A DNA stretch of 64,000 nt, from contig JALRAZ010000454.1 in assembly GCA_023257935.1 (NCBI GenBank), forward strand, positions 3,214 to 67,213, given 5' to 3'. Below the pieces are notes generated by a model. That model did not search any database. It worked only from the letters and a program-made list of their open reading frames with translations, and was not told the DNA's origin. This DNA comes from Verrucomicrobiota bacterium. GTDB taxonomy: Bacteria; Verrucomicrobiota; Verrucomicrobiia; Limisphaerales; AAA164-E04. The position numbers and the translations under genes were made by a program. Below, piece after piece: positions 17,397 to 26,382 of the stretch (positions are counted from its first letter, which is position 1; each line of letters begins with the position of its first letter).

Positions 17397-18173
17397 TTAT
17401 TTTGGCTGATGGCTACGTAGCATCGCTTTGGCTTGCTGGGTCCACAAGGCGTCACGTTTTCTGGCAAAGCTTGGAGCATGCTTGTCATCATCCATAACCT
17501 CCTGCAGGTGGGCAATGGCTTCGGCTTGCCGATCGGCCTTCAAGTAGATTTCCGCCAACTGAACCTTTGCCTGCGCATAGTTGTGCTTCTTGAGCACTTT
17601 TTCCAAAGCAGCTTGAGCCTCAGAAATTCGACCTGACGATAAGCAGGCATGACCAAGAGCCATTGTACTTTGACCATAGTCATGATCGGCATTTTCTCGG
17701 CATACTTTTTCTAGCATCGAGATGGCTTTCTCAGGCTGCTGCATTTGAATGAGGCATTTCCCAAATGATGCCAGAATGTCGAGATCTTCATCGTCCCGCT
17801 CAAGAGCCTTCTCATAGCATTCGTGAGCCTTATCCCACTTGCCTTGCCCAGCATAGATATCCCCTAACGCAGCATGATGGTGAGCCTTGTCTAAGTGATG
17901 GATTGCTTCCTCCAGCTCTCGTATCCTCTCTCGATCGGCAGCCCCAGGCCACTCAAACCCTGCTCCACTACCCTCCATGGCGCGAGCAGGACGATAGACC
18001 ATGAAGAAATACAAGATTGATGAAAGCCCAAACAGAAAATTGAAAACCACCCAAAGCCACTCCTGGCGTCGAGCAGCATCCACGGTCATCCAAAGCTGGA
18101 AAGCAAACATGACCAGATATAGCGGATTACTTAGTAGATCCCTTATATCGGGCAACACGTAAGCAAATGTCAT
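17397..18173 (-). CDS. Membrane-anchored TPR-repeat protein with PLD-N-like N-terminal double-TM domain
   Basis: The N-terminus LVMFAFQLWMTVDAARRQEWLWVVFNFLFGLSSILYFF resembles the short cardiolipin-synthase-N (PLDc_N) membrane domain. The remainder is four or five TPR-like repeats, e.g. GDIYAGQGKWDKAHECYEKALE. Confidence 0.75.
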   Translation of the reverse strand: MTFAYVLPDIRDLLSNPLYLVMFAFQLWMTVDAARRQEWLWVVFNFLFGLSSILYFFMVYRPARAMEGSGAGFEWPGAADRERIRELEEAIHHLDKAHHHAALGDIYAGQGKWDKAHECYEKALERDDEDLDILASFGKCLIQMQQPEKAISMLEKVCRENADHDYGQSTMALGHACLSSGRISEAQAALEKVLKKHNYAQAKVQLAEIYLKADRQAEAIAHLQEVMDDDKHAPSFARKRDALWTQQAKAMLRSHQPK

Positions 18174-18293
18174 AGCGGTTCATGTTTCACGGCTTTTGGG
18201 AGGATTGCAAGCCATGGAACCTGATCCATGCCAAAGAAAGCCATCCGTTGATATCAGGTTGCCTTGCAGTCACAGGCCCTCAGTCCGAAGCGA

Positions 18294-20180
18294 TCAGGGT
18301 GCTCCTCCCAGGATCCAATAAGGAAGCAAGGTGGTGAGAAAAGGCAGGTAAGTAATCAGGAGCACACTCAAGGTCAATACCAAGAGCACAGGAAGTGAAG
18401 CCCGGGCAACCTCAAGCACAGGTTTTTCGAACCGATAGGCAGCTAGGAAAAGATTCAAACCGACCGGAGGTGTCAGATAACCAAGCTCTAGGTTTGCCAG
18501 AAAGATGATGCCCAAGTGAATGGGGTCGATCCCAAACTCGAGACCAAGGGGCAGCAATAGTGGCACCAGCACCACGATGGCGGAGTAGATGTCCATGAGA
18601 CAGCCGGCCAGAAGCAGGAACACGTTGAGAGCCAACAAGAAGACATATTTGGATTCCACATGCGCCGAAACCCATTCAATGGCCATATCTGGCACCATGG
18701 CAAAAATGAGAAAATCCTTAGTAAAGCTCATGGCCACTCCTAGGATGAGTAATACGCCTCCAACCAAGAGTCCACATTCACACATCACCCTTGGCAGGTC
18801 TTTCCATGGATGCAATTCACGATGAATGACCACTTCCACAAACAGCGCATAGAAAGCCGTCAGAGCCGCTGCGGCAACCGGGGTGCTGAACCAGCCGCTG
18901 AACAGAGCGCCCAGAGCCACCACCGGTATGAAAAGCTCCCATTTGGCTTCCCATAAGGCACTGAGCAGTTCTGAAAGCAAAAAAGGTTTGGGGGCAAATT
19001 TGTCCTTTGGAATGAGACGTCGCGTGTAAAGCCCAAGAATAAAAAGCATCAACATGCCAGGGACAAGTCCCCCGAGGAATAAATGTTCCAAGCGAAGCCC
19101 CGTCTGGACATTGGCATTGGCGACGATGAAATAAAGAATGATGGGGAGGGATGGCGGAAACAGGATCCCCAAGGCACCAGCTCCGGTAATCAAACCCAAA
19201 GAAGGTTTTTCCCCGTATTTGGCGGCAACAAGTATGGGTAAAAGCAGCGGACCAAGCGCCAGGATGGTGACCCCAGAGCCACCGGTAAAGGCGGTGAAGA
19301 AGGCACACACCAGTAGCGTGACTAGAGCCGGACCAGCCCGAAACTGCCCAACCATGGCTTGGAACACCCGCATAAGTCTGCGAGAAGCCTGACTCTCAGC
19401 CATGAAGTAACCAGCCAGAGTAAAGAGAGGGATAGTTGGTATCAGGGCCTCGGTAGAGAGGGAATAGTGGCTGGTGGCCATCCCACTGATGGGAAAGTCC
19501 TCTTTCCATAGATAAAGGAGGGTGGCACCACCTAATGCCGTGTAAAGCGGGGCCCCAAGAAGCGTGGCAGCTACCAGCATAATGAGGGCTGCGGGCATCC
19601 ACGACTGTGGCGTGATAACTCCTTTCTTGAGTAGCAGGCCCAAGGCAAATGCGAAGGCCAAGCTCAGGAACCTCGCCCACCAAGTGGGACCAGCTTTCCA
19701 TACCAGACGCAAGGCCATGAGCCCAAAGCCAGCCGGCAGGACCATTTGAATCCACCAACGCGCCACACCGTAGGCAATCATGTTGCCGGCGCCTCGCTCA
19801 TCCAGCACAAATTCCCAGCCTGCAAGGGCCAGCAAACAAGTCACTAGAGTGGCCCAGCCATGGGCCAAAATTGAGGCAGCCAGTTTCCATTGATCAGGCA
19901 GAAACTGCGTCAGGGTAGAAATACCAAGCAATCGATTCTCTCGGGCAGCAATAGCCCCACCCACCATGCCGATGATTAAGGCAAAATGGAGTACAAACTC
20001 AGACTCAGCCTGAATGCCCGTGCCAAAAGAAGCCCGGAGGATGCGCTCAAGCAAGGGAAGCAGGATGAGAAGCATCAAACTCAATATGAGAACGCCGTTC
20101 TCGAGCGACCTCATCACCCGGATGACAGGGTTGGCATGCCAGCCCTGAGCAACCGAGTCAGTATTCATATTTTCGCTCAT
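18294..20180 (-). CDS. TRAP transporter fused small/large permease (DctQ-DctM)
   Basis: A roughly 630-aa polytopic protein. The N-terminal DctQ-like 4-TM part is followed by a DctM-like part (FTAFTGGSGVTILALGP, LFLAAY). The start is uncertain: ATGs occur at 20180 and 20168, and the track start at 20261 is an extension. Confidence 0.85.
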   Translation of the reverse strand: MSENMNTDSVAQGWHANPVIRVMRSLENGVLILSLMLLILLPLLERILRASFGTGIQAESEFVLHFALIIGMVGGAIAARENRLLGISTLTQFLPDQWKLAASILAHGWATLVTCLLALAGWEFVLDERGAGNMIAYGVARWWIQMVLPAGFGLMALRLVWKAGPTWWARFLSLAFAFALGLLLKKGVITPQSWMPAALIMLVAATLLGAPLYTALGGATLLYLWKEDFPISGMATSHYSLSTEALIPTIPLFTLAGYFMAESQASRRLMRVFQAMVGQFRAGPALVTLLVCAFFTAFTGGSGVTILALGPLLLPILVAAKYGEKPSLGLITGAGALGILFPPSLPIILYFIVANANVQTGLRLEHLFLGGLVPGMLMLFILGLYTRRLIPKDKFAPKPFLLSELLSALWEAKWELFIPVVALGALFSGWFSTPVAAAALTAFYALFVEVVIHRELHPWKDLPRVMCECGLLVGGVLLILGVAMSFTKDFLIFAMVPDMAIEWVSAHVESKYVFLLALNVFLLLAGCLMDIYSAIVVLVPLLLPLGLEFGIDPIHLGIIFLANLELGYLTPPVGLNLFLAAYRFEKPVLEVARASLPVLLVLTLSVLLITYLPFLTTLLPYWILGGAP

Positions 20181-20287
20181 GCGATCGCTTGGACTAACAT
20201 ATATGGGGACTTTAAAATCGGACAACGGTGGACTCAATTTGCCCACGGTTTCAACCCGCATTCTCTCCCCTCAACCGTGATCCATCC

Positions 20288-21334
20288 TCATCGATTCCGG
20301 TAGTTTTTGAGTATGTCATTGACCCGGTCGAAAATGGCCGGCTCAGTGACCCGCTCACGTATTTCAGGATAGGCCTTGGCTGTCTCGGCATACCATTGGT
20401 CCAATTGGGGGCCTGTCGGTTCAATGACCTTGAGTCCGCGCTGCTGCATGGCCTTGATGGATTCCTCAGCTTCCTTCAAGCCATCTTCCTGAATGGATTG
20501 GACAGCCTTGAGCGCTGCGTCGAGCAAATGCTTGCCCTGCTCAGGTGTGAACTTGTCCCATGCTTCCTTGGTCATCACGAGCCCTCCGGCTAATGCACCC
20601 CAGTTTACCTTGAGCATGAAGGGGGCACGAGTATCCACTTGACTGAAATTGGCAGCCATGGGCGGCATAGCCACACAAGTAATCATACCAGTCTGCAAGC
20701 CAGGCACGATGTCCTTTGTTTCAAGGGGTACGGGGCGAAAGCCATTATGCTGGAAGATTTCTACGATTTCGGGGCTGCCTGCCCAGCAGAACAACTTAGC
20801 AGCCCTGACATCGTCAATCGTTTGAACAGGCTCCTTGGCAAAAAAGTGAACCCAGCCTGCATGGGTCCAACCAAGAACCTTGAAGCCTTTTTGTTCCATC
20901 ATGATTTCAAGGTCTTTACCCAATTCCTGCATGACATGTTCAACTTCGTCGATCGACCGGAAGATCATGGGAGCTTGCTGAAGCCCCACAACACGAGGTT
21001 CAATCTCAGCAAGCCCGGCTACAGTCAGCAAGCCCACTTGGATTTGCCCCCCTCTCATCCGTCTGACCATTTCAGCTTCACCCCCAAGACGCCCATCTGG
21101 GTAGATACTCACCGCAACCCCACCGCCAGGGGCCTGCTTCCAGACTCCTTCCATTTGCTTGAGATGATTGAAATAGGACGACCCCTTGGGCACGAGGGTT
21201 CCCAGACGAAGCCGCTCCGATGCCTCGAGCTGGGTGCAAGCCAGGCTGAGCAGAAAAAAGCAAACTAAGGGCGCCTGGCTCTTTGAAATCAGGGTAAACC
21301 AGGAATTTAAGTAGATTTTACGTAAGGTGTTCAT
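20288..21334 (-). CDS. TRAP transporter solute-binding protein (DctP family)
   Basis: 348 aa with a signal peptide ending LSLAC. RLGTLVPKGSSYF...YPDGRLGGEAEMVRRMRGGQIQ is typical of the DctP family. Confidence 0.85.
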   Translation of the reverse strand: MNTLRKIYLNSWFTLISKSQAPLVCFFLLSLACTQLEASERLRLGTLVPKGSSYFNHLKQMEGVWKQAPGGGVAVSIYPDGRLGGEAEMVRRMRGGQIQVGLLTVAGLAEIEPRVVGLQQAPMIFRSIDEVEHVMQELGKDLEIMMEQKGFKVLGWTHAGWVHFFAKEPVQTIDDVRAAKLFCWAGSPEIVEIFQHNGFRPVPLETKDIVPGLQTGMITCVAMPPMAANFSQVDTRAPFMLKVNWGALAGGLVMTKEAWDKFTPEQGKHLLDAALKAVQSIQEDGLKEAEESIKAMQQRGLKVIEPTGPQLDQWYAETAKAYPEIRERVTEPAIFDRVNDILKNYRNR

Positions 21335-21373
21335 GAAGTATTGATAGACCGTTAGATGATGGCGGCCTGCGGG

Positions 21374-22426
21374 CTATTCAATCGGAGGAAGATCTTCCAA
21401 AGCCGGCAAGATCAGGTCGGCTTCATGATCCAGCAACCAATGGGCACGTTGTTGCATGAGTAGGTTGACCAATCTTGTCTCGGGATGGGTGTTGACATCA
21501 AAAGCTGTCGCTTTCCGAAGCAGCTCTCCAAAAAGGGCGCTATCCTGTGTTTGCACGGCCAAGGATTCAGCAAGAGAAACGTGAGGTCCTATTTGTCGTC
21601 CTTCACTCAATTCGAGGGCTCTGCGGTAATGGTATTTAGCAGCATCGGCCGGATCCTCTCCGGTTCCCTGACGTGCAAAGGCATAGGTGATCATGAAAGC
21701 ATGAATGGCTCCATCATTCCATCCTTCATCCAACTCCAAGACCCGATCCATCAGCACCTCCATTTGGGGTATTTCAGCAATGCGATGGGGTTGTTCCTTG
21801 GAGAGATTGATCAAGCCAGCCCAGGCCGCACCTGTCCAGTAAGCCAGGGCCACATCATCACGGTCTAATTCTTGAGAGGCTTCAAGGGGTGTTTCAGCCA
21901 GCCTCGTAACCCAACCTGGACGTTTTAGCTCCATCCCGCCCAGTCCATAGTCTCTGGCCCTGAGAAACAAATTAGCTGCGCGGGATCTTAAGGCCTGGGC
22001 CGCCTCAAAATCCGCGGATTCAAGGCGGTCTGCATCCATCTGAAGGAATGCGAACGCATACTGGACATAAGCACTGGTTGCAGCGATCACCAACGGCTTG
22101 TGGTCTGGGATTTCAGCCAAGAGGCCGTCCATGAGCTTGAGTGAAAATGGCAGGGCATCGCGCACGAGCTGCGGGTCATTTTCTGCAGAGAAGGTGCTAC
22201 CTGTGCCGGATAGAGCGTTGCCTACCTGACGCAGTGCTACCTTTTTGATTGAACAACCACCAAGTAGCGGCAAACCAATGAGCATCAGGAATAAGACGCA
22301 CTTTGCACTGCAGCATCCCCCATGCCTGGGAGAATGCTTCAGCACGAGCTGAGACCATTTCGATGCTATCGAGGCACGCACATGTTTGATGGAACGATTC
22401 ATCCCTGCACCCTCAAGGGTTTTCAT
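21374..22426 (-). CDS. tatT: TRAP-transporter-associated TatT-type TPR lipoprotein
   Basis: Lipobox LPLLGGC-S. The stretch [25 protein letters not shown] is characteristic of the TatT component of TPR-protein-associated TRAP transporters. The ATG at 22426 overlaps the ilvD stop (ATGA 22423-22426); an alternative ATG is at 22402. Confidence 0.75.
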   Translation of the reverse strand: MKTLEGAGMNRSIKHVRASIASKWSQLVLKHSPRHGGCCSAKCVLFLMLIGLPLLGGCSIKKVALRQVGNALSGTGSTFSAENDPQLVRDALPFSLKLMDGLLAEIPDHKPLVIAATSAYVQYAFAFLQMDADRLESADFEAAQALRSRAANLFLRARDYGLGGMELKRPGWVTRLAETPLEASQELDRDDVALAYWTGAAWAGLINLSKEQPHRIAEIPQMEVLMDRVLELDEGWNDGAIHAFMITYAFARQGTGEDPADAAKYHYRRALELSEGRQIGPHVSLAESLAVQTQDSALFGELLRKATAFDVNTHPETRLVNLLMQQRAHWLLDHEADLILPALEDLPPIE

Positions 22427-24147
22427 GCATCGGTCACAGCCCCAAGGTGCGCCGAAGTCACAAGCTTAGCATACTTGGCAAGGACCCCTTTGGTGTAGCG
22501 TGCTTTGGGTGCTTTCCACTGCTTGCGACGCGTGGCAATTTCGCGCTTGGTAAGCTTCGCATCCATGGTTCGCTTTTCCGCATCGATGACAATCCGATCA
22601 CCATTCTTGAGCAAGCCAATCAGGCCTCCCTCTGCTGCTTCAGGGGTCACATGCCCCACCACAAAACCATGACTGCCGCCTGAAAACCGGCCATCGGTAA
22701 TCAGAGCCACTTCCTTACCGAGTCCTTTACCCATGATCGCCGAAGTGGGAGAAAGCATTTCTCGCATCCCCGGGCCTCCTTTGGGACCTTCGTAGCGAAT
22801 CACCACAACATGGCCTTTCTTGATGCTTCCACCTAGTATGGCTTTGAGAGCCTTTTCCTCCGAATCAAAAACCTTGGCAATCCCTTCGAAACGAAGCCCC
22901 TCCTTGCCACTAATTTTGGCAACCGCACCTGTTTCGGCCAAGTTTCCGTATAGAACCACTAGGTGCCCATCTGGTTTGATGGGGTTGTCAAAACCTCGGA
23001 TGACATCCTGACCAGCCGGGTAAGGTTTGGCATCAGCCAAGTTTTCAGCCAGGGTTTTACCCGTGACCGTCAAGCAGTCACCGTGAAGTAAACCCTTTTC
23101 CAACAACATTTTCATCAGCGGAGTCAGGCCTCCGATTCGAACAAGCTCAGCCATGACATATTTACCACTGGGCTTCAGATCAGCCAAAACTGGGACCCGT
23201 TTACCGATACGCGTGAAGTCATCAATCCCTAGTTTAACCCCTGCGGCATGGGCCATGGCAAGCATGTGAAGCACCGCATTGGTAGATCCCCCCAATGCCG
23301 TGATAACTGTGATGGCATTTTCAAACGCTTTGCGGGTCATGATGTCCCTGGGGCGTATGCCTTGTTTGAGCAGTTGCATGACAGCCTCCCCAGCGCGCTG
23401 ACAATCAAGACGTTTGTCTGAGGAAACAGCAGCTTGGGCGGAACTGTTGGGAAGGGACATACCTAAAGCCTCGATAGCTGAAGCCATGGTATTGGCTGTA
23501 TACATGCCACCGCATGAACCCGCACCGGGGATCGCACAGGCTTCTAGGTTGGCCAATTGTCGGTCCGTGATCTGACGGTTGGCATGCTGACCCACAGCTT
23601 CGAATACCGAAACAATATCAACGTCTTTTTTCTGAAAGCACCCCGGCAAGATCGTGCCGCCGTAAACAAAAACAGCCGGGCGATTCAAGCGAGCCAACCC
23701 CATCAGACATCCTGGCATGTTCTTGTCGCAACCACCAATGGCTACAAGGCCATCAAACCCCTCGCAACCGGCAACCGTCTCAATGGAATCGGCAATGACC
23801 TCGCGTGAAACAAGCGAATACTTCATGCCTTCGGTACCCATTGAAATGCCATCAGAAATGGTAATCGTGTTAAAGAGCACCGCTTTACCGCCGTGACCGT
23901 CAACCCCCTTGACAACATGATCGGCCAGTTCGTTGATGTGCATGTTACAAGGGGTGACCATGCCCCATGTTGAGGCCACGCCAACTTGAGACTTCTGGAA
24001 ATCCTTTCGCTCAAACCCAACCGCATGCAGCATAGCTCGGCTGGCAGCTCTCTCGGGACCATCCACAATGATGGCTGAATGCTCACGGTTCAAATTCTTC
24101 CTACCCTTGCCGGCGCCGGATTTGAGTGAAGTTTTTTTTGATTTCAT
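22423..24147 (-). CDS. ilvD: Dihydroxy-acid dehydratase
   Basis: IlvD/Edd signatures: [27 protein letters not shown] and [21 protein letters not shown] is at 24147; the track start at 24162 is TTG. Confidence 0.95.
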   Translation of the reverse strand: MKSKKTSLKSGAGKGRKNLNREHSAIIVDGPERAASRAMLHAVGFERKDFQKSQVGVASTWGMVTPCNMHINELADHVVKGVDGHGGKAVLFNTITISDGISMGTEGMKYSLVSREVIADSIETVAGCEGFDGLVAIGGCDKNMPGCLMGLARLNRPAVFVYGGTILPGCFQKKDVDIVSVFEAVGQHANRQITDRQLANLEACAIPGAGSCGGMYTANTMASAIEALGMSLPNSSAQAAVSSDKRLDCQRAGEAVMQLLKQGIRPRDIMTRKAFENAITVITALGGSTNAVLHMLAMAHAAGVKLGIDDFTRIGKRVPVLADLKPSGKYVMAELVRIGGLTPLMKMLLEKGLLHGDCLTVTGKTLAENLADAKPYPAGQDVIRGFDNPIKPDGHLVVLYGNLAETGAVAKISGKEGLRFEGIAKVFDSEEKALKAILGGSIKKGHVVVIRYEGPKGGPGMREMLSPTSAIMGKGLGKEVALITDGRFSGGSHGFVVGHVTPEAAEGGLIGLLKNGDRIVIDAEKRTMDAKLTKREIATRRKQWKAPKARYTKGVLAKYAKLVTSAHLGAVTDA

Positions 24148-24209
24148 AAAAATGGATAACAATGTGGGTCCATTTGGACCTGGGAATCATTTCAAAATCT
24201 AGCCTTTGG

Positions 24210-24253
24210 AAAAAGATCAAAAAACAGGCAAGCAGAAATTCTAAATTGCTGCC
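24210..24253 (-). terminator. Rho-independent terminator after the octahaem cytochrome gene
   Basis: On the minus strand, ggcagca (24253-24247) pairs with tgcttgcc (24234-24227, one bulged base) across a 12-nt loop. The T-rich tail tgttttttgatcttttt follows (24226-24210). Confidence 0.6.
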
Positions 24254-24262
24254 AGCCAGCCT

Positions 24263-26185
24263 TCATTCCTTGATGGTAATGGACCGATCATCTCGTTGCC
24301 TCAATAATCGTCTCAATGCCCGATCATCAAATTGCCCTTGATCGGTTTGAAGCAATTGAGGACGAGCCTGATTCGTGTGAAATGCGTTGATGTAGTCAGT
24401 TAATAGCCCCATGGAGGCCTGCCTCCGCTTTGCTTGATCATCCATGAAGTCATAGCCCTCAGGTTTTCCCTGCCCCAAGCTGGAAAGGCTGCGCGATCCG
24501 ATGTAACGCACCACTGGGTAAGGATCGTTGAGCAACATGGCCAAAACTGGAATCATCCAGTCGGTGCCCGAAACTTCTTGGGCTGTTGGCCATCCCATGT
24601 GCCACCCCACAATAGCACGCTGAGCCGCGTGTCCCTTGGTGCCCCATAGCAGGGCTGCGGAAGTGTGCTTGTGTTCCTCGGGCATTTGGAGGGCCTGATG
24701 ACCGTAACGATTGACAAGATGTTCCTGAGTCCAAGCTAAAGATTGATCAAGGTGGCAGAGATTGCAGGCATTGGGCACACCATACTCCAAACTGTTGACG
24801 ACTTGTGGCGATGAGATTTGATGATTACGGATGGCATTGAATAGCGCGTAGGTCGTGTGTGGCATGTGGCAATTCATACATTGGCTCCCCGTGGAATCCG
24901 GCGCATGGAAAGTATGCTCCTCCAGACGTTCGTTGAACCATGGCTGCTGGTGGCATTGGGTGCAGCTGGCATTGGGATTTGGCTGAGGAATCAGTTGATC
25001 CTCAGGAGGCGCCTTGTGCATAGAATGGCAGGAAAGGCAGGACATTTCCCCGCGGGTATAGCAACCCGAAGCGACCATGGCGGTGAATTCCCGTCCACCC
25101 GCTAAAACAGTACCATCTTCCCACCAACGTTCAGCAAAAAACTGAGGGTTGGCTTTCAGGTCAGCCCGGCGATCCGGATTGTCTTCATTGGCTGGGTGCT
25201 GGATATAGTAGCGCTTATCAAAAAGATTCTCTCCCGGTTGATACTGCACCCCATCGTGCGCCACCTCCATGGCCGTTTCATCTGAAGGGATAAAAACGCC
25301 ATGACATTGCCCACAAACATGGCTGGATAACTCATGATCCAATTTTGCGGGGTTGACCAAGTCCATCGGGTCTGGTGATTGCGAGCTTAGATGGCCAAGA
25401 TACCGGTTAATCGGATTCTGATGCATGGCGATATGCTCCTTGCCCGGACCGTGACAAGCCTCGCAGCTGATGCCCAGTTCGGCGACCTCCGTTTCAAGCA
25501 TGCCTGTCGCGTCATTCAGACCGGGATTCCAGCCTGTACTATGACATCGAATGCAATGATGATTCCACTGTGTGACCAATAATTCCTGATCTTCTGGGCC
25601 ACGCATGAAAGCTGCCCCTCGGGGAATCCAACGTTGGTCCTTGATCAGATAAACCAACGGCAGTGTCTGCATCAGCCCTTTTAGTCGGGGGCTCTCCACC
25701 CAATAGGTCTGATAATGGTGCGACCCGGTGGTCATGACCACCTGGGAATCAACCTGCGGTATTCGGCTGAGGTCCCCCCCCTTCCCTCCCTGGACGGCTT
25801 GCATAATCAGATCCGGATCGGGCATGCGCGCCCAGAAAGTATCGTTGGTGCGCGTGAGCGTGTAGGTGAGACCTTCGCTTGTGATAGTTTGCCCCTCAAA
25901 AGAAGCTAAAACTGACTCAGGCAAGGCCCGCATGGTCATGGAGCGGTGGAAGGTGGACTGCCATGAATGGTGCTGGTCTGGATGACAGGGCAGGCAGCTC
26001 TGGGAGGAGACAAAAGAGGCTCGAGCCCCAAGAGTGGGAAGTTGACTGGCCAGCGCCTCTTCCAACTCAACTCGATCCCGCCCACGTTGCCAGGCCATGA
26101 ATGCAGCAAACAACATCAGACCCACAAGGGGAAAAACGATCCAGGCGGCTTTGGGCGGCATTGAATTGATCGATGGGCGATTCAT
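24263..26185 (-). CDS. Membrane-anchored multihaem (8 x CxxCH) c-type cytochrome with HEAT-like C-terminal region
   Basis: One N-terminal TM helix (AAWIVFPLVGLMLFAAFMAW). Eight CxxCH motifs: CLPCH, CIRCH, CEACH, CGQCH, CLSCH, CTQCH, CMNCH, CNLCH. The C-terminal PVLAMLLNDPYPVVRYIGSRSL looks like a HEAT repeat. Confidence 0.85.
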   Translation of the reverse strand: MNRPSINSMPPKAAWIVFPLVGLMLFAAFMAWQRGRDRVELEEALASQLPTLGARASFVSSQSCLPCHPDQHHSWQSTFHRSMTMRALPESVLASFEGQTITSEGLTYTLTRTNDTFWARMPDPDLIMQAVQGGKGGDLSRIPQVDSQVVMTTGSHHYQTYWVESPRLKGLMQTLPLVYLIKDQRWIPRGAAFMRGPEDQELLVTQWNHHCIRCHSTGWNPGLNDATGMLETEVAELGISCEACHGPGKEHIAMHQNPINRYLGHLSSQSPDPMDLVNPAKLDHELSSHVCGQCHGVFIPSDETAMEVAHDGVQYQPGENLFDKRYYIQHPANEDNPDRRADLKANPQFFAERWWEDGTVLAGGREFTAMVASGCYTRGEMSCLSCHSMHKAPPEDQLIPQPNPNASCTQCHQQPWFNERLEEHTFHAPDSTGSQCMNCHMPHTTYALFNAIRNHQISSPQVVNSLEYGVPNACNLCHLDQSLAWTQEHLVNRYGHQALQMPEEHKHTSAALLWGTKGHAAQRAIVGWHMGWPTAQEVSGTDWMIPVLAMLLNDPYPVVRYIGSRSLSSLGQGKPEGYDFMDDQAKRRQASMGLLTDYINAFHTNQARPQLLQTDQGQFDDRALRRLLRQRDDRSITIKE

Positions 26186-26382
26186 AGAATCAGATCTTCA
26201 ACTTAGCCTTAAGATAGCGCCTTGGCACTTTCAAAAAAGCAACATTTCAATGAATCTTGAACCCGCCTCACTTTCCGCTAGATTGCCACTAGCTCGCCCT
26301 CGGAGCCAAGAGATCCAATCAAGCTGTGCCATGTTGCACGGTTGATGGAGCCCTCCCTGCACCAGGGCAAACATTGAGCACC

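Noticed and set aside
26280-26382. Possible glycine riboswitch in the leader of gcvP. The sequence contains TCGGAGCC, TGGAGCC and GCACCAGGGCAAAC, which is reminiscent of the GGAGAG ... CACCGAAGGGGCAA core.
   Set aside because: The conserved CACCGAAGG core is shortened. The 3-prime CUCAGGCAAAAGGAC-type element is absent. There is no room for a full aptamer plus expression platform before the ATG at 26383. A covariance-model scan (glycine riboswitch family) would settle it; I expect no hit.
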